64,000 nt of DNA from Lingula anatina. Its lineage: Eukaryota; Animalia; Brachiopoda. The position numbers and the translations under genes were made by a program. Positions within the stretch are counted from its first letter, which is position 1, and each line of letters begins with the position of its first letter. Below the pieces are notes generated by a model. The model saw only the letters and a program-made list of their open reading frames with translations. It was not told where the DNA came from and made no database searches. The stretch spans positions 22,506,001 through 22,570,000 of the forward strand of contig CM120642.1 in assembly GCA_051362555.1 (NCBI GenBank), given 5' to 3'. Shown here piece after piece: positions 1 to 10,452 of the stretch.

Positions 1-2447
1 ACCTAGTCACATTCAATAGAAATAACATACTAAGTACAAAAGTCAAACGGAGTATGTCTGAAACACATACGGAGTACATGTTAACATGGCAGATCTAGAG
101 CAAATGTTTACCGCTAAATTTGGACCCCCAACTACTTTCTCAAGAACAGTTACATAGGAAGCTGGGGGTAGAATAGCACTGATAGCAAACTTCTGATCAA
201 TTGGTTTCTCTTCCTCACTTCATTTTCATTTTTGTCATGCAGTGCACCAACAAAGTATTTTAAGGTTCAACGACGTAATTTTTCCTAACAAAAGACCATG
301 CCATGTGTACTGTGAGCAACTGATAGTAAAGAAACTGAGCATAAAGCTGATAAAACACAAAAAGCATGAACACGTGTTGCAGCCATTTTGTCGTGTAAGT
401 ATCACAAGAATAATTTAAATAAAACTATTAATTACAACATATACGGAATCCCCCAACCTCAACGAGTCACAAAATAGTATCTGTGAGACAAACTGAGGTC
501 AATCAATTATGTATAATTAGCTGGGAACTCCTCCTGATTTTTTTATCCCATCTCCTTTCGAATGAAGTAAAATATATTGTCAAGAAAAGAAACAACATTT
601 TCCTTATATTTACACATTTCGAGTCAGCTTGAAAATTCGTCAGACATAAGGACTGAAGATACATGATTTTTTAATGATCCAAGACGAATTTGTCTGACAT
701 GTCCGATACCTTAAGTCTGTAAGACGGTCACTGTTGAAAGTTTTTTGCAGGTTCTAGTGCTTTGGTGTCTGCACAGAGACTATAATCTCGAAAGGTACAA
801 ATTCTTGTAAATTTTCACATAAGTTCAAATTTTAGCTTTATTTTTTCTCTCTTCAAACTTTCAAGCACTTTAACCAATGAGAATGAGAGTACAGAAAATT
901 CCACCCTAGCAATTGACCCAAGAAGACACTTGGATGGCATTTGGTTTCATGTAAAAATCATCATTAAATACTCAGAGTAACCACACAGTTTAATTCCGGA
1001 AATATACTGAAAATCAAATAGTTATATTATATGGTGAGGGGTGGCTGCAAATGTGCTGATTCTTCTGCATATTTCGATTACCAGTGGATCTGAAATAGTA
1101 CTTTATAAAACATTGAGCTTCTTACCTTTTCGTCAACTGCGGCTTGATAAGCAGAGCTTCTGCTGTCTTACCGGGCATTTTAGTGCGAGAAATAACTGTA
1201 AGCACGATTGCTGTAAGTATGACTCTGTTGGTCGCCTTCTTTTCGGTCAAGATTTTCCCGCTACCTTTTGGGCGAGTTTATTGAAAGAGGTAAGGCATTA
1301 TCTATGTGTTAAATCATTTTAATATTCACCAATGAAAAGAATAGCCATCAACAAATACTGAATACATATTTTATTTAAGAAATGTATAAATAAGCAGATT
1401 TGTATATTTCTATGTAAAACACGTCGAAAAAGTTGACTACCTTTGTATACCGACCCCCGCCTTCCTCATTGTTTGATGTCAAGGTCACCTCAAATGTCAC
1501 CGCGAGCAAATTGTGGTAGTCAAGTTCGTGGCGCCTCTCTAACGCATCCTTATAGATCTATAGACTGTACGCGAAGCATTACAGGGCTAGTTCATTTCCA
1601 TACACGGAGCTACTAATTGAAAGTTTTTAAATATACATTGATTACAAGGCAAAAATTTAAGTGAAAACTATATGCGTTTCCTCTAGGCCCCACCATTTCA
1701 ATTAAAATAGCATATTCCCCGACTCAAGCGTTGAATCTAATCGTGTCTTTATTGAAAATAGACACCGTGAATGATAGAATAATTTCATAAAATTAAAACA
1801 GGTGGAACACAATATAAAAAAATGGAACATTGACTTTTTTGTATCAAGGGATTGAAACTTTTTTCCTTTTCCACTTAGGGGTCATCCAATTTTGTTATCA
1901 GTAGGGGCCTATAATAGGCCTACGTCTGGTGAATTTGCCAACCTAAGTTGATAGCCTAAAGTAGCAGCAGCGATTTGGGAATGAAAACTGTAATATCGAT
2001 TTCAAAAAGATCTCCCAAACCTGAAAAACGTTTTAAAGCCTACTCAAGTCTGTGATATCATAGGGTAGGGCTCCCCTGCGCCGGAAACCGATCCGTATCT
2101 CACACCAATGTAGGCCTACCAAGAAGTGAGATTTGCGATTAACGCTTCGCCACTCTGTTTGCAGAGGTCTGGTGAATAAAGCATCAAAAATAAGTTTTTG
2201 AACAAAAAGTGATGGCTTTTATTGCAATAATATCAACACTATTACTTTACAATAAACAGTTACTAAAACAGCTGAAACCTTCGTTTCTAATACGAAAATT
2301 TACCCATTCTATCAAGGTATTTATTTTTTTAATTTTCTATGATACAAAAAAAGCTAAATGTATATCTTTCTGTGTCACCAGAGATTTAGAAAAAAGTTGA
2401 ATTCCCGAATATATCTTTAACGTCATTTCTCACTTTTCTGTTTTCTT

Positions 2448-2492
<45 letters not shown>

Positions 2493-3699
2493 CGTCCACG
2501 ATACTGGGTAACAGCAGTGGGTGATCATCTTTGAAAGTCTGTCAAAATATTCCTTTGCGTTGGATTTAATACAATGGAGGTGCTTTCATGTGAAAGGGGA
2601 TAGATTTGTCTTAAACTTTTAATTCTTAGTCAAAAATGACGCTAAAACAGCGATTAAATCTGGGTCACAGACAAACATGTAGGCCCCTACCAGTCCGATT
2701 TGCAGCTATACATTATGGAAGAGAAAACTCTCAGAATAGTATTTTCATTTTTTTTCCTCAGGGATCTCATCTCAGGGATCATTTACGGCACACTCACTAG
2801 AAAAAAAAAACAAAAACAAAAATTTGATGGATGCAGAAAACGGGTTGTTGTGCGTTACTATCGTTTCCGTTTTCAACTTCATTACAAAGCATTATCTCCC
2901 ATACACGCGAACTATACAAATCGTTCGAATTCGGGATTAAAATTCCTAATAGACACTCTGCTTTTCATAAAACAACAATGTGTAAGGAAATCCTGACATC
3001 TCAGCGTTTAATCATAGATGTTGTGACCCAACTCTGTGTCGTTTCCTCCAGACTCGCGCAACAACGAAACCACAGCTAGCCTAGCGTGTTGTTTCGTTTC
3101 CCCATTCAGATTCGGCCCAGAGTGGAAATTTTCATTCATGATGTAATGACCCGATCACATGAATATTAAATGAGACTAATTAAATTTGCTATAGGCCTAC
3201 TCGGTTCCCACTTCTTGGCGTGCTTTCCCAACTCTGTGAAGTTAGTGTAGGCCTACTCTTTCCTAATAATTTCTGTATGTGTGAAATGTTATTTTTTCCA
3301 AAATTAATGAATATAAAGCAAAATACGATGAGCATTCTAAACAGAAAGCGTGCTCACAAGATCGGCGCCATATTTGCCCATGTCCCAATGTTGTTACCCA
3401 GTATCGTGGACGTGCAGATATATTTATATTGAGAAAGAGTGTCAGTGACTAATAATTTATAGTCCATAAGTACTGTTTTTTTAGACCTGCTCAAGTTTTT
3501 TTACCCTGGATTTGTTTTTATATTGTTATTATATTAGACAAATTCCCTTAAATGTAGAATGCAAGAACATATTCAAATTGTAAACACTTATAAAAAAGCG
3601 AACATAACATATTTAATAGAAAATACTGCCAAATATTTCCCTTTACTAACAAAAAATAAATAATTAGTAAAATGCCGTTCTGAATATAATAATCATATC

Positions 3700-4113
3700 C
3701 AGGGGCGGATCCAGGATTATTTGAAGGGGGGGGGGTCCGGAACGACAGGCCTCGGATGCGAAGACAACCATCGCCCCCTTGCTGTGGGGTTCGGGGCCTG
3801 CTCAAGGACCCCGAAAATTTTTGGTGTTTTTTAGAGCAAACAGTGCCCCTTGGTACGGTTTAGAAGTATGATTTAGCTAGTCAAGATTCTAATGTCAAAA
3901 GAGGGATATTGGTGTGATATACATGTATTTTTCAGAAACCGAAGGGGGAGTCAGGACCCCTGACCCCCCCTCTAAATCCGCCACGGTTTAGAAGTATGAT
4001 TTAGCTAGTCAAGATTCTAATGTCAAAAGAGGGATATTTGTGTGATATACATGTATTTTTCAGAAACCGAAGGGGGAGTCAGGTCCCCTGACCCCCCTCT
4101 AAATCCGCCACTT
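3700..4113 (+). mobile_element. hAT-like MITE with an internal ~127-bp tandem duplication
   Basis: Termini CAGGGGCGGATCC...AAATCCGCCACTT. 8-bp TSD ATCATATC at 3692-3699 and 4114-4121. Segment 3856-3983 is repeated at 3984-4110. A related copy lies at 6773-7020. Confidence 0.75.
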
Positions 4114-4340
4114 ATCATATCTAGCTTTAAGTATTTAAATATTTCATGCATGATATATTCAACTAATCGAATGCCTAGACATTACGAAAAAGCGCTAAAT
4201 GAAAAGTGTTAAAATTAAAAATTTTAGTCTTTAATTTCAATTTACCTCGCCATTTGTTTTCAAGCCACGTAAAATACAACATAGCCTCTTTTCAATGAAT
4301 TAATTAAGATTCGTAGTTTCTTATTTGAATGTATTTTAAT

Positions 4341-5873
4341 TTAGACCTCCGGTGCCATCTCTGGGGTGGCAGTTGGTGTGACTGACATTTCTGCGCCATC
4401 TGGTAAAGATTTTGATGACTCTTCTGTCCCCTCTTCTTCTTTCTTTCTGTCTTTTTTCTTGCGTTTTGACTTCTTTTCTTTTTTCTCTTTTTTTGCTTTC
4501 GTTGGCTCTTCTTCTTCTGGGGCTGCTTCCTCTTGTGGAGCATCGGCTGATTGTAGGTCGTCCTTTTGTGGTACAGGTTTGTCCAACACGGTTGATTCTT
4601 GGGTAGTGCCGCTGTCTAATGCAGCAGTACCTGGAATAGAGACTTCTGATGAGGTTGCCGGCGGAAATTTGACCTGGGGCGGTGGATCAACAGGCAGTGC
4701 CGGCGATGGTAACTCTGGCTGATTAACTACGGTAGCTGCATGTGCTGGCACAACGGTGGTTTCTGACTGGAGAACAGTAGTCTGTGGTTTTGGTTGGGGC
4801 GTGTCTTGGTGTGGCTTCGATTTGGAGGTTGGGGTGAGCGTTGTTGATTTCTGAGGCTCTGAACCCGGTGGAGGTTTTAACAGCGCTTTCAACTCTGGAT
4901 AGGGCGCTAAATCGGCAGCGGTCTTTCCTTCGTGCATCCGCGGAATAACGTTGGCGCGGAATTGTAGCAGCGTCTTCACGTTTCCCTCCAGACCGTTCAC
5001 TGCTGCGAAGTGGAGAGGTGTGTAATCTTTCTTGTTTTGAAGATTAACGTTGCCTTTTTTCATTACCAACAAAGCCAGGACTTGCGGCGCTTTAGGTGAC
5101 GTCCACTGCGCAGCGAAATGGAGGGCAGAATCTCCATTCATCGTCTGCAGATTTGGATCTGCACCATGGTCAAGAAGTAACTTTACCGTCTCTACTGCTT
5201 CTGCGTGGTCAAAAAATGGTTTGACTGCTCGGTGAAGTGGCGTTTCTTTGGTGTATAAATCAGGTTGCTCGACAACAGCGCCATTTTCCAGTAATATGCG
5301 ACAGACGTCTTTGTGACAACCGTGTGCTGCGAAGTGAAGCGGACTCCATCCTCGCTTATCGCACAGGTTTACATTTGCACCTTTTGCTATCAGCAGTTTC
5401 AACACTCTGTCTAAGCCCCTACCTGCCGCGGAAAAAATTGGCGCATGCCCTAAACTATCCTGGGCGTTAACATCGACACCCTTATCAGCAAGCAACGTCA
5501 ATAAGGTGCACATTTTGTTTTGAGACAGGTTTCCTGCGATGACAGCAGCGATGGTTCCTGACTCCGCATTCAGGACTTTCTCCCTCCCTTCGCGGGTGTA
5601 TTTAACTCCCTTACTTAGAGTTGCCTTAACGTTAACATTTGTCTGTAAGATTTCCTCTGCCAGATAAACTGGACCATAAAATAAGACCGCGTGAAGGGTC
5701 GTCCACCCATTCTGATGTCGAAGAAGACCGATTTCGCTTGCCATGTACTTCATGTTTGCCCTGGCCAACTCCCGGGCGGTCACTTCATGCCCGTTCTGGA
5801 GAGCCTCCACCAGCTCTGCTGATATAACGGCAATATCGATCTGAGTTACCGAGCGGTCTGTTTTGTTGTTCAT
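4341..5873 (-). CDS. Ankyrin-repeat protein, 510 aa, single exon, with Pro/Thr-rich and Lys/Glu-rich C-terminal tail
   Basis: Long ATG-to-TAA ORF with multiple ankyrin consensus units (GWTTLHAV, GHAPIFSAA..GADVN, GWSPLHFAA, ETPLHRAV..HGADPN, GDSALHFAA, YTPLHFAA). The C-terminus is low-complexity and includes KKEKKEKKSKRKKKDRKK. Confidence 0.9.
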   Translation of the reverse strand: MNNKTDRSVTQIDIAVISAELVEALQNGHEVTARELARANMKYMASEIGLLRHQNGWTTLHAVLFYGPVYLAEEILQTNVNVKATLSKGVKYTREGREKVLNAESGTIAAVIAGNLSQNKMCTLLTLLADKGVDVNAQDSLGHAPIFSAAGRGLDRVLKLLIAKGANVNLCDKRGWSPLHFAAHGCHKDVCRILLENGAVVEQPDLYTKETPLHRAVKPFFDHAEAVETVKLLLDHGADPNLQTMNGDSALHFAAQWTSPKAPQVLALLVMKKGNVNLQNKKDYTPLHFAAVNGLEGNVKTLLQFRANVIPRMHEGKTAADLAPYPELKALLKPPPGSEPQKSTTLTPTSKSKPHQDTPQPKPQTTVLQSETTVVPAHAATVVNQPELPSPALPVDPPPQVKFPPATSSEVSIPGTAALDSGTTQESTVLDKPVPQKDDLQSADAPQEEAAPEEEEPTKAKKEKKEKKSKRKKKDRKKEEEGTEESSKSLPDGAEMSVTPTATPEMAPEV

Positions 5874-6664
5874 GATTCTCAGTGTTTCCCTACTCAGTGT
5901 TTGCTACTCGACAATAGTCGCAAGTGTGATTGATATAGTCCCAATTTCTTCTCCTATTTTCAATCTTTTTGAGATGCGGCAAAAGAAAAAAAATGATCTC
6001 TAAGTATCTCGAGTCATCTGGAGCTACAAGGTGCTGTCATCCAAGGGCCGCTGACTATTTATCGCTATGAAATTACTGCATGCTAGTGATCGTTTGAAAG
6101 GTTTTGTTTGATGACTGAGCTTATGAAAAGAAAACCTTTCAAATATGTATCGGTTTGCATGGGATAATAAATAACAACCATCGAATTACTATGTAAGTTG
6201 ATGACGGCTTACTGTGGACTATTTATTCTCATTAATACGCTCGTCAATAACATATCGATTATGTGAAAAGAAGTCAATATCAGTGTTTTATTTATGACTG
6301 TAAGTATGTCAGTAACGCATAAAGTGCGCCATTTTTGCCTTCTCCATAAAAAGACTTTGATCCCCCCTTCCCCATACGAACCAACATTCTTTTCTCTCAA
6401 AAATGCTTGTTGACAAAAATTGGTTTTTGGCTTTTTTTCTAATAAGTGAGTTCTTTAGACCCACATTACAGCCGACGTTTCAACAGTAAGTTTGGCTGAC
6501 AGTCAACACAGACCAATATCCCTACTAATAGAGCTACGACAAGATGGTCGAACCAATCGATGTGTGGGTGCAAGTTTTCCTAAAACAATAATCCCTAAAT
6601 ATGAGGTAGATCAATTAAATATCTTATAAACAAATACAACTTAAGTTATGTAAACTTTGTGTGT

Positions 6665-6710
<46 letters not shown>

Positions 6711-6772
6711 GGGGGGGCAGGGGCGAAAAACTTCAGGCAATAATGATTGTAAAGCAGAATTTGCTATAATCA

Positions 6773-7020
6773 CAGGGGCGGATCCAGGATTATTTGAAGG
6801 GGGGTCGGTTTTTTAGGAATGACAGGCCTCGGATGCGGAGCCGACCCTCGGCCCCTCCTCCACCCCCCTTGACGTGGGGTTCGCGGCTGAAGGGCTCCCA
6901 AAAATTTTGGTATTTGTGCCATTTGCTACGATCTAGAACTTTGATTAAGCTGTGATTTATTTTTCAGAAACCGAAGGGGAGGGGGCAGGACCCCGCTGAC
7001 ATCCCCTAAACTCGCCACTG
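6773..7020 (+). mobile_element. hAT-like MITE, same family as 3700-4113
   Basis: Starts CAGGGGCGGATCCAGGATTATTTGAAGG, ends CTCGCCACTG, and shares internal blocks with 3700-4113. No clean TSD. Confidence 0.65.
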
Positions 7021-10000
7021 CTTAGCCTGCAGTGTTTTGCCTGTGCTGCAGTCTCAGCCTCATTCTGACGGCTAGCACAAAATTCATGCGTAGTACTGGT
7101 TGTGCTTTCGCACGGCAGGAAAGGTCTCAAACAGTGTTAACTTTCGACCAGTTTGTGCTCCCACAAAAAAAAAAGAAGAATTAGAAGAATCAGCCCGTCA
7201 CTTCCTGTGTTGAAGTGAAAAAAGTGGGCAGGGGCTTAAAAAAAACATTCTTTTTATAGCCCACGCTCCGACAGCCGTAGTGTGGGAGGAGGGGGCCATC
7301 CCCCAATATATTTTGAATTAAACCATTGATGTTGTGATTTTGTCATGTAAACCAAATATTGTTATTCAAAATGGAAGACTGCCTCGTATGAGAAGAAGCG
7401 TTACTGTCTACCATTACAATTCTATAGAAAATGGGACGGCTTTTTCTATCAACCCTGTATCAATTTCTGATTCCCCATCGTGTAAATTCTGAATCATTCT
7501 TATATAGAGATTAAAATAGATTAAAAGAGAGAGAGAGAGAGAGAGGTTGAACAATAAGAATGGAACTATACGGCATTTCGGTACTGAGTTTACTTGTGAA
7601 TGACCCTTAAATCGGGGCTTAAGTAAGCTCAGTATCTGTGGTATTTTTCATGGCAAATTTGGGACAAAGGAAGCCAAGATATGAAGTTGCCTTGTACACA
7701 ATTTTTGGAGTGCGCTTCTTTTGTTTACGCACTAAAAGAGAGAAATGTCCAGACTAGCCTAACGCCCCCGGTTCCTCTGTTTGAACGCCTTTGACTTATC
7801 TGCTGACAAACCGACTTTTCTCGACCTGAGCTCAAAACTACGGAAGATTTTTACCTAATCTGGGTTATAGAAACAAGTTAAAGATGTTTTTCTATGATAG
7901 ATTAGTTGAAAAAAATTACCGAGAGAAAAAAGCTTCATTTTTAGTGCCACTTGCGGTATGAAAGATTAATATGCTGCACGTAGAATATTAACTGCAAAAA
8001 GCATACCAGGAAATCTATTACATTATTATATGCGCCTTCGGACAAACGATTCATAGAATGTGAGGCAAAGCAAAGATGCTGTTGTTAATGCTGAATTAAT
8101 TTTGTTTTTACTTAAAAATAGAATAAAATAATGTAAATAACATTTAATGTGATTGGTTAATTTCATAACATATTTTAATTTTGATCAACTGTTTATCACA
8201 TGATAACTAAATTTTGGACATGATTCAAGTATGAGTAATGCAAATAGTATTTTGGATGAGTTTAGTTGAAAACAAGGTTCTTAGACATTACCTAATAAGG
8301 GAATGTTCTATGGTAAAATAAACATGACAATGGAAAGTTTCTGGAAATCACGCCATAAACAATAAAAAGAACATAATTACACGCGTGATCAGTACGGAGA
8401 ATTAGAGTATAAATATGGGTAAATTTGTATGAAAATTAAGTGGTGAATAAACGATTGAAGATTCCAGAACCTCGTCGTCGTTATAATAATAATAAGTATG
8501 ATAAAAATGTATGTTTTCAAGTAAATATTCGATCAAATATTAATTCTTATACGGCGCAGCAACCATTTTATATATAATAAACAGATAATATCCGATGAAA
8601 TACAGTATAAAATATTGAACGAACAGCTTTCATAAATTAAACCAAGAATTTCAAGTCTTTGATTAAGTCAGCCCGACTTATTCCACTATTAGTTTATTAA
8701 TTTTCACACGTTATTGAAATCTGGAGTTTTTTATACTTATGAAGTACTAACAATATATGGCAGATTAAAGCTCGAAAGATTGTTAACGCATTGCGTAAAA
8801 TTTTTTTTAATTTTAATTTGGCAGTTTTGTGTAGTTCATTTAAAACAACAGTTTTTCACGCACGCTCCTGTCAGTATACAGCGACGGACTACTTAATGCC
8901 CTGGCCCTTAATAAGGAACGAACAAAACCGGTACTTTTTAATTTTACCTGGCCACTAACATCATTATCTCGGCATTTTTTTTCTCTCCGTAGATCATGAA
9001 AAAAATGACAAGGTTTTACTTTTTATACCATTCGTTTTTTAAAAATGATCAAAAAATATTCATTGGGTGTAAAAGAAGACGAGTATGATTAAAGTAACAT
9101 GTTCAGTTCGTATACGAAGTTCCGATTTCGTACGAGCACCAAAGAAAGGATTATGGAGCAACAAACATCGACAACAACGTTAATTCATGTATAGTCGTTT
9201 TACATCATATCCAGAAAAAGAATGACAACTGATTTTTAGTACAATTAAAAAATGCCTGTGAAAGAACCTGGAACTCTTTCACGTTGTTAAATTTCAGTTT
9301 CTCGGTTGAAATAAAGAACCCGACGTTTTTTAACGCGCTTCAAAAAAAGAAAATACAATGCCCCCTACCTCCAGAATGTTACGACATGTATTGTTATAGA
9401 CAGGCATGAATCAAATTCAAACAGGCTAATTGATAGAAGCTGTCAAACGTACTCGACTATATATATGACAGATTTTTTAACAAACGTCGAACACAATTTT
9501 AATTAAAATACACTCTTCTCCTGTAAAACTCCAATATCCTTTGATTGACAAGATGTCAATCAAATTCATTAGTTTTGATAGTTGCTGTCAAGTAATAACA
9601 GCTTGATTGACAGGTTATATAAACAAACGTCAATCATCGCGCACTGTGATTTCTCTCGCTGTGAAACAGTGAGTACGCCGAAAGAGAGCGCTAAAATCTG
9701 AAGCTAGTAATTAACTTCTGACATGTATTGCACAAATATATTTATTCTCAATATATAGGTCCGTTGTTTTTATCTTATCAAAAGTAACCAAGCAGAAGAA
9801 TTGTTTGTCTAAGTGATCCTTAAGGTAAGATCAATATAAAAACAAAAACAAAAAAATAATAAGGTTAATATTTTGACAATAGTTAAATTAAATTACATTC
9901 CACCCCCTCCACCCCCGTCCCCACCAACGGACTTGGTTGGACTCCATGTAAATATAAGAGTCCCAAATGCAGATTAACATTTTGGACTCCCTGTGCCCCA

Positions 10001-10354
10001 AATCCTGCAGAAACCCCTGTTGGCCCTTGATAAATTTTTTATCAGACTGAGCCTGTTTTAAAAAGAGAACTTACGTAACGGCCAGTCCTATCAATTATCC
10101 TCTTTTGTAGAGTCTAAGTATAGCTGTATCTTACAAGTACACTTTGTCAAGAAATAAAAGGGTTTGATATAGGCCTATATATTATACGCCAAATTATCAG
10201 TTTAAAATGTAATTTAACTGTTTTTTTTTTACCTACGTAATTAGTAATACAATGTCTATAGCATGTTGACCATGGTCTTTTCTACCAATTGCTTTGTATT
10301 GACATGCTGTTATAAATATCAACAATAGCATATTCAATGCAAGGAATTGTCTTT

Positions 10355-10452
10355 AGTCGGAACGGAAATGACGTCATGCAACAATATGTCTGCGCCCATG
10401 AAGTACTCGCGGAAAACGTTATCAACTGAGATTAGATGCGATTTGTAACATT
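10355..10452 (+). promoter_or_regulatory. Putative SMYD promoter/5' leader with CRE, ETS-like site and a uORF
   Basis: CGGAA and TGACGTCA (10369-10376) lie just upstream of the first coding exon. A uORF runs from ATG 10386 to TAA 10448. Confidence 0.4.

Noticed and set aside
1041-1322. Possible exons or ORF near the window start
   Set aside because: Splice-like sites exist on both strands, but I could not build a consistent frame or recognisable domain.
3700-7020. Composite transposon carrying the ankyrin gene between two same-family MITEs
   Set aside because: The left MITE has its own 8-bp TSD, and no TSD brackets the whole unit. These are independent insertions.
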